NCBI GenBank assembly: GCA_963702025.1
Contig: OY969699.1
Coordinates: forward strand, 96,001-160,000
Length of the DNA: 64,000 nucleotides
Direction of reading: 5' to 3'
DNA from: an uncultured bacterium
GTDB lineage: Bacteria > Babelota > Babeliae > Babelales > Vermiphilaceae
The notes below the pieces were generated by a model. The model saw nothing but the letters and a program-made list of their open reading frames with translations, ran no database searches and had not been told where the DNA came from. Numbering within the stretch: position 1 is the first letter of the stretch; each line of letters begins with the position of its first letter. Position numbers and translations under genes: made by a program. Positions 59,149-64,000 of the stretch are shown piece by piece.

Positions 59149-61479
59149 ATGAGCATACTTAATCGAAGGGCATTTACATTTCTATTTATTTTAGCGACAG
59201 GGCTTGATTTAATTACCGCAAAAATAGAAGCAGTGTCACCATGTTTTGGAAATCTATATGATGTAATTATCGTTGGTGCAGGGAATGCTGGATCTGTACT
59301 TGCAAATCGTTTAACGGAAGATCCTACTGTCAATGTGCTTGTTATTGAAGCCGGCCGTGACGACACTCGAAAAGCTCCGCTCCTTCCTATTGATTTGCCT
59401 AATCCTATGCCAAATAAGGCAAATAATTTGTGGTCAAGTTTACCGCGTTTCGGGGCTGCCCTTTATGGCGCTAACATAGCGCAAGCTTTTGATGGTTGGC
59501 AATTTACTCCACTGCTTCGCGATGATCCAACCAGTAGATATATTTTTTACCCGCGGGGATCCTCATGGGGCGGATGTACAATACATAATGCAGATATTGC
59601 GCTGCGCGGGCATTTTTACGTTTACGATGAATGGGATGCTCTCGTGGGCAATCCTGGCATATGGACCTACGATGATCTGATTCCCTATTTTCAAAAACTG
59701 GAAAACCGTGGCCAGCACCGTGCTCCTTTTGATGCATTGAATCCTGGCGGTCTTTATTTCAATCCTGCGCAGCCGCCCAATACCCTTGGTGACTTTGATC
59801 CGGCTACTCAAGGGATTGGAGGACCCGTATCATTACTTTGGTTCACTTTCACCATTGATCCATTGTCTACCGCTTTACAACAGTCATTAGCTTTAAATAC
59901 CTATCCTGGATCTCCAATACCTATTAATGTGGATCCTGATAACCAAACCAATACACAATGGATGACAGGAGCCCCATTTACCTTTTATGATCAGTACGGT
60001 TCAGATTTTTCATCGCTCAACCCATATAACTCATATTTGGCATTTCCCCCAGGGTTTGGTCCGCTTACTGGTTCCATTCCGCGTCTCCAGCGTGTGCATG
60101 CAGCTGCTTCATATTTATATCCTATTCTTCCGGGTGGTGCAACGCCGCGCTCTAATCTCACTATTATTTCCGAAGCATTGGTTACTAAGATTATTTTTGA
60201 TGAGCAAAACAGAGCGATTGGTGTCCAGTATCTAGAAAGTAATACGGGAACGCCAACGGGCACATGGAATGTTTATCAAACCGGCCGACAAATGAATACC
60301 TCTCGCGCGGGTGTCGGTGGCACTCCACCAGATGCAACAGCAAATGCAGCAGTTGCATTAAAAGCAGGACCAAAAATTGCCCGCGCAACAAAAGAGGTAA
60401 TTCTGTGCGGTGGAACATTTAATTCTCCCCAAATATTATTACTTTCTGGTGTTGGCCCTGCGGCTGATTTAGAAGCTTTAGGAATTCCCGTTGTTGCAGA
60501 TTTGCCTGGGGTAGGACAACATCTTATCGATCACCCGGGGATAGATATTGTGTGGAATCATAATACCCCTTATGATTCTCTTGCCGATGTTAATCTTGGT
60601 CAATTACCACTCATTCTTAATTATTTTCTTGATTTTAAATCAACCGCTGCGCAGCCATTTGGTGACTTTGTTGCCGATTTCTACCCAGGGGGAGTAACTT
60701 CATCATGGAGTGGAATAAGTGACTTTATGGATACTTTTTCCCCAACACTTTCCCCGAATTCAGCTCCTGGAAATGCGCGGTATGATGGTCCACCGCAATT
60801 TATTTATCCATGGGTATTTAGTAATGAAGATGGCACTAACTCAAATCAACGGTATGATCCGCCACTGCTTGCAACTATTAATGCCGCCATTCTTTTAGAA
60901 ATGAGGGGCAATATTCAATCGACCGGTTTCTTACAATTGCAAAGTGCTGATCCTACCGTTCAGCCGTATATTGTAATGAATTACTTGTTAGAACCTGCAG
61001 ATATGCAAGCCTATATCAATGCCTTTACTGGTACTATTGCTCCATTGGTACAAAATCTTGGCGCTCTCACACCAAGCTACTTTAGCTCATGGGTTGCACC
61101 GGGAACTGCTGATTTCTTAACCCCCGCTACAGATACAACATTGAATGCGGATCTTTCTAATTTCAATCAACCGGCATTTGAATCATGGCTATTAGACCAC
61201 GTTTGGGGTCATCATGCTTCAGGAACGTGCAAGATGGGGCTTTTGTCTTCAGATCCAATGGCAGTTGTCGATGCGGATTTACATGTTTACGGTGTGCAAC
61301 GGGTGCGGGTAGTTGATTGCTCCGTATTCCCTGTTATGCCTACAGCAAATACTCAAATACCTGCCTATGTATTAGCTGAACGCGCTGCAGATCTCATTAA
61401 AGCAGATTTACCATCAATTGTTCCAATAACATCTGTTAATCCTTTGGTTGATGCTCTTATAGCTACTTACGGTAGTTGA
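59149..61479 (+). CDS. GMC (glucose-methanol-choline) FAD oxidoreductase, exported, paralog 1
   Basis: GAGNAGSVLANRL, RG...GG...N, EVILCGG.FNSPQ, H.SGTCKMG, PTANT..P; NRRAF leader. Confidence 0.93.
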   Translation: MSILNRRAFTFLFILATGLDLITAKIEAVSPCFGNLYDVIIVGAGNAGSVLANRLTEDPTVNVLVIEAGRDDTRKAPLLPIDLPNPMPNKANNLWSSLPRFGAALYGANIAQAFDGWQFTPLLRDDPTSRYIFYPRGSSWGGCTIHNADIALRGHFYVYDEWDALVGNPGIWTYDDLIPYFQKLENRGQHRAPFDALNPGGLYFNPAQPPNTLGDFDPATQGIGGPVSLLWFTFTIDPLSTALQQSLALNTYPGSPIPINVDPDNQTNTQWMTGAPFTFYDQYGSDFSSLNPYNSYLAFPPGFGPLTGSIPRLQRVHAAASYLYPILPGGATPRSNLTIISEALVTKIIFDEQNRAIGVQYLESNTGTPTGTWNVYQTGRQMNTSRAGVGGTPPDATANAAVALKAGPKIARATKEVILCGGTFNSPQILLLSGVGPAADLEALGIPVVADLPGVGQHLIDHPGIDIVWNHNTPYDSLADVNLGQLPLILNYFLDFKSTAAQPFGDFVADFYPGGVTSSWSGISDFMDTFSPTLSPNSAPGNARYDGPPQFIYPWVFSNEDGTNSNQRYDPPLLATINAAILLEMRGNIQSTGFLQLQSADPTVQPYIVMNYLLEPADMQAYINAFTGTIAPLVQNLGALTPSYFSSWVAPGTADFLTPATDTTLNADLSNFNQPAFESWLLDHVWGHHASGTCKMGLLSSDPMAVVDADLHVYGVQRVRVVDCSVFPVMPTANTQIPAYVLAERAADLIKADLPSIVPITSVNPLVDALIATYGS

Positions 61480-61493
61480 AATATTTTCATAGT

Positions 61494-61537
61494 AAAAAAG
61501 AAGGCCTTACCTTGCAAATCGCAAGGCCTTCTTTTTT
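61494..61537 (+). terminator. Terminator
   Basis: AAAAAAGAAGGCCTT...AAGGCCTTCTTTTTT. Confidence 0.75.
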
Positions 61538-61611
61538 ATTATGACACACGTTTACAGAATAAATTTTCTTAGTAGCCAGAGAACAATATTAGTTTTAAAA
61601 AAGGATAAGAT

Positions 61612-63921
61612 ATGAGCATATTTAATCGAAAGGCATTTACGTTTCTGCATATTTTAGTAGTAGCTTTTAATCTCGCTACCGCAAGAATAGAGGCAATGTC
61701 ATCGTGTTCTGAAAGTCTATATGATGTTATTATCGTTGGGGCAGGGAATGCGGGATCTGTGCTCGCTAACCGTCTAACTGAAGATCCTACAATCCAAGTA
61801 CTTGTTATTGAAGCCGGACGCGATGACACTCGGGAAGCACCGCTTCTTCCCCTTGATTTGCCCAATCCTATGCCAAATAAATCAAATAATTTATGGTCGA
61901 GCCTTCCTCGGTTTGGGGCTTCGCTTTTCGCCGCTAACCAGGCGCAAGGCTTTGTTGGTTGGCAATTTGCCCCACTTCTGAGGGATGATCCGACCGCCAG
62001 GTATGTTATTTATTTCCGTGGATCTTCATTTGGTGGATGCACAATAAATAATGGCACTATTGCATTGCGTGGACATTCTTATGTGTATGATGAATGGGAT
62101 GCTCTAGTGGGCAATCCTGGCATATGGACCTACAATGATCTGATTCCTTATTTTATAAAAATGGAAAACCGTGGCCAGCATCGTTCTCCCGATGATGCAC
62201 TAAACCCTGGCGGGTTATATTTCAATCCGGCACAGCCACCCAATACACTTGGTGATTTTGATCCCGCTACTCAGGGGATAGGAGGCCCAGTATCTTTACT
62301 TTGGAATACCTTTACCGTTGATCCATTATCCACCGCATTAGCAACTGCGTTGACTAGTAATCTCTACCCTGGATCACCAATACCGGTTAACGTAGATCCC
62401 GATAACCAAACCAATACGCAATATCTTACCGGGGCACCATTTACAAATTATGATCAATATGGTGCAGATTTTCCATCGCTCAATCCATATACAACACTAT
62501 TATCATTCCCTCCCGGGTTTGGTCCATTTACTGGGGAAGTTCCACGCACCGAGCGTATGCATGCGGCTGGTTCATATTTGTATCCGATTCTTCCTGGTGG
62601 TTCAAATCCGCGCCCTAATCTTACTATTATTTCTGAAGCATTGGTCACTAAGATTATTTTTGATAATCAAAACAGAGCGATTGGTGTCCAGTATCTGGAA
62701 AGTAACACCGGAACGCCAACAGGCACTTGGAATATCTATCAGACTGGCCGACAAATGAATACCTCTCGTGCGGGGGTTGGTGGCGCCCCAACTAATGCAA
62801 CAGCAAATGCAGCAGTTGCTCTAGCAGCAGGACCAAAAGTTGCACGGGCGGCAAAAGAGGTAATTTTGTGTGGTGGAACATTTAATTCGCCGCAACTATT
62901 ATTACTTTCTGGTGTCGGTCCAGCGGCTGATTTAGAAGCGCTCAATATTCCGGTAATTGCAGATTTACCTGGCGTGGGCCAGCATCTTATGGACCATCCA
63001 GCAGTAGACATTGTATGGAATCATAACACTCCTTATGACCCCCTTGTTGATATTGGTGCTGGACAATTACCATTAATTGTTAATTATATTCTTGATTTTA
63101 AATCGGATGCTTCTCAGCTATTTGGTAACTTTACCGGTGATTTTTACCCTGGAGGGGCAACTCTAGGATGGAGTGGCGGAAGTGACCTGATGGATGCGTT
63201 TGCTGGCAATGCACGGTATGATGGTCCTCCCCAGTATATTTATCCGTGGGTATTTAGTAATCAAGATGGCACTAACTCAAATCAACGGTATGATCCGCCA
63301 CTTGATGAAACTATTCACGCATCCGTTCTTTTAGAAAAAAGAGGTAATATTCAATCAACGGGCTTCTTAAGATTACAAAGTGCTGATCCAACCGTTCCTC
63401 CCTATATTGTAATGAATCTTCTATTAGACCCTACAGATATGCAGGATTTTATTAATGCATTTACTGGTACTATTGCCCCATTAATACAAAATCTTGGAGC
63501 ATTAACTCCAAGTTACTTTGGATCATGGGTTGCTCCAGATCCTGCTAGTTTCTTAACATCTGGTACAACATTAAATATTCCGAGTCTTTCTAACTTCAAT
63601 CAACCGGTATTTGAACAATGGTTATTGGACCATGTCTGGGGGCACACCCATGCGTGTGGAACATGCAAAATGGGACTTTTGTCTTCAGATCCGATGGCGG
63701 TCGTTGATGCTGACTTGCATGTGTACGGCGTTCAAAGAGTACGAGTAGTTGATTGCTCAATATTCCCTGTTATTCCTACGGGAAATACTCAAATACCTTG
63801 CTATGTAATGGCTGAACGCGCTGCCGATCTGATTAAAGCAGACTTACCAACGATTACTCCAATAACATCAATTAATCCGTTGGTTGATGCATTGGTTGCA
63901 TCATATGGTAGTGGTAGTTGA
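61612..63921 (+). CDS. GMC FAD oxidoreductase, exported, paralog 2
   Basis: Same motifs, close paralog; NRKAF leader. Confidence 0.93.
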   Translation: MSIFNRKAFTFLHILVVAFNLATARIEAMSSCSESLYDVIIVGAGNAGSVLANRLTEDPTIQVLVIEAGRDDTREAPLLPLDLPNPMPNKSNNLWSSLPRFGASLFAANQAQGFVGWQFAPLLRDDPTARYVIYFRGSSFGGCTINNGTIALRGHSYVYDEWDALVGNPGIWTYNDLIPYFIKMENRGQHRSPDDALNPGGLYFNPAQPPNTLGDFDPATQGIGGPVSLLWNTFTVDPLSTALATALTSNLYPGSPIPVNVDPDNQTNTQYLTGAPFTNYDQYGADFPSLNPYTTLLSFPPGFGPFTGEVPRTERMHAAGSYLYPILPGGSNPRPNLTIISEALVTKIIFDNQNRAIGVQYLESNTGTPTGTWNIYQTGRQMNTSRAGVGGAPTNATANAAVALAAGPKVARAAKEVILCGGTFNSPQLLLLSGVGPAADLEALNIPVIADLPGVGQHLMDHPAVDIVWNHNTPYDPLVDIGAGQLPLIVNYILDFKSDASQLFGNFTGDFYPGGATLGWSGGSDLMDAFAGNARYDGPPQYIYPWVFSNQDGTNSNQRYDPPLDETIHASVLLEKRGNIQSTGFLRLQSADPTVPPYIVMNLLLDPTDMQDFINAFTGTIAPLIQNLGALTPSYFGSWVAPDPASFLTSGTTLNIPSLSNFNQPVFEQWLLDHVWGHTHACGTCKMGLLSSDPMAVVDADLHVYGVQRVRVVDCSIFPVIPTGNTQIPCYVMAERAADLIKADLPTITPITSINPLVDALVASYGSGS

Positions 63922-63945
63922 ACGTAATTTCATTTTTATTATCCC

Positions 63946-63978
63946 AAAAAGGCCTTGCTGTTAGCAAGGCCTTTTTTC
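63946..63978 (+). terminator. Terminator
   Basis: AAAAAGGCCTTGCT-AGCAAGGCCTTTTTT. Confidence 0.8.
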
Positions 63979-64000
63979 TTTTAGAAATGAGTCCTGTTCG

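Overview
AT-rich bacterial chromosome segment. It most likely comes from an intracellular parasite of protists such as Candidatus Dependentiae/Babelota (TM6); this is inferred from the many signal-peptide hypotheticals, the ankyrin, F-box, SOCS-like and DOT1-like proteins, and the Cys-rich outer-membrane paralogs. Housekeeping genes (uvrB, transaldolase, leuS, rpsA, ndk, nusB, efp, glyA) are interspersed with candidate secreted effectors. Highlights: (1) a 1044-aa membrane protein with two Cache-like sensor domains fused to a Pro-loop pentameric ligand-gated ion channel module, translationally linked to an UrtA-like binding protein with no ABC transporter in the window. (2) An array of seven Cys-rich beta-barrel paralogs, five with their own 18-bp-spacer promoter. 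(3) A 3.8-kb tandem duplication whose flanks look identical but whose central secreted beta-propeller gene is strongly diverged, preceded by a variable (CA)n tract. (4) A complete riboflavin operon plus HAD phosphatase inside a region of Cys-rich OMP genes and Tat-like GMC flavo-oxidoreductases, including remnants of a deleted GMC gene. (5) An IS630 element inserted exactly in the predicted -10 box of the OMP-GMC operon. Several REP/MITE-like palindromic elements occur. No rRNA, tRNA or CRISPR array was recognised. All calls were made by eye, without database searches.
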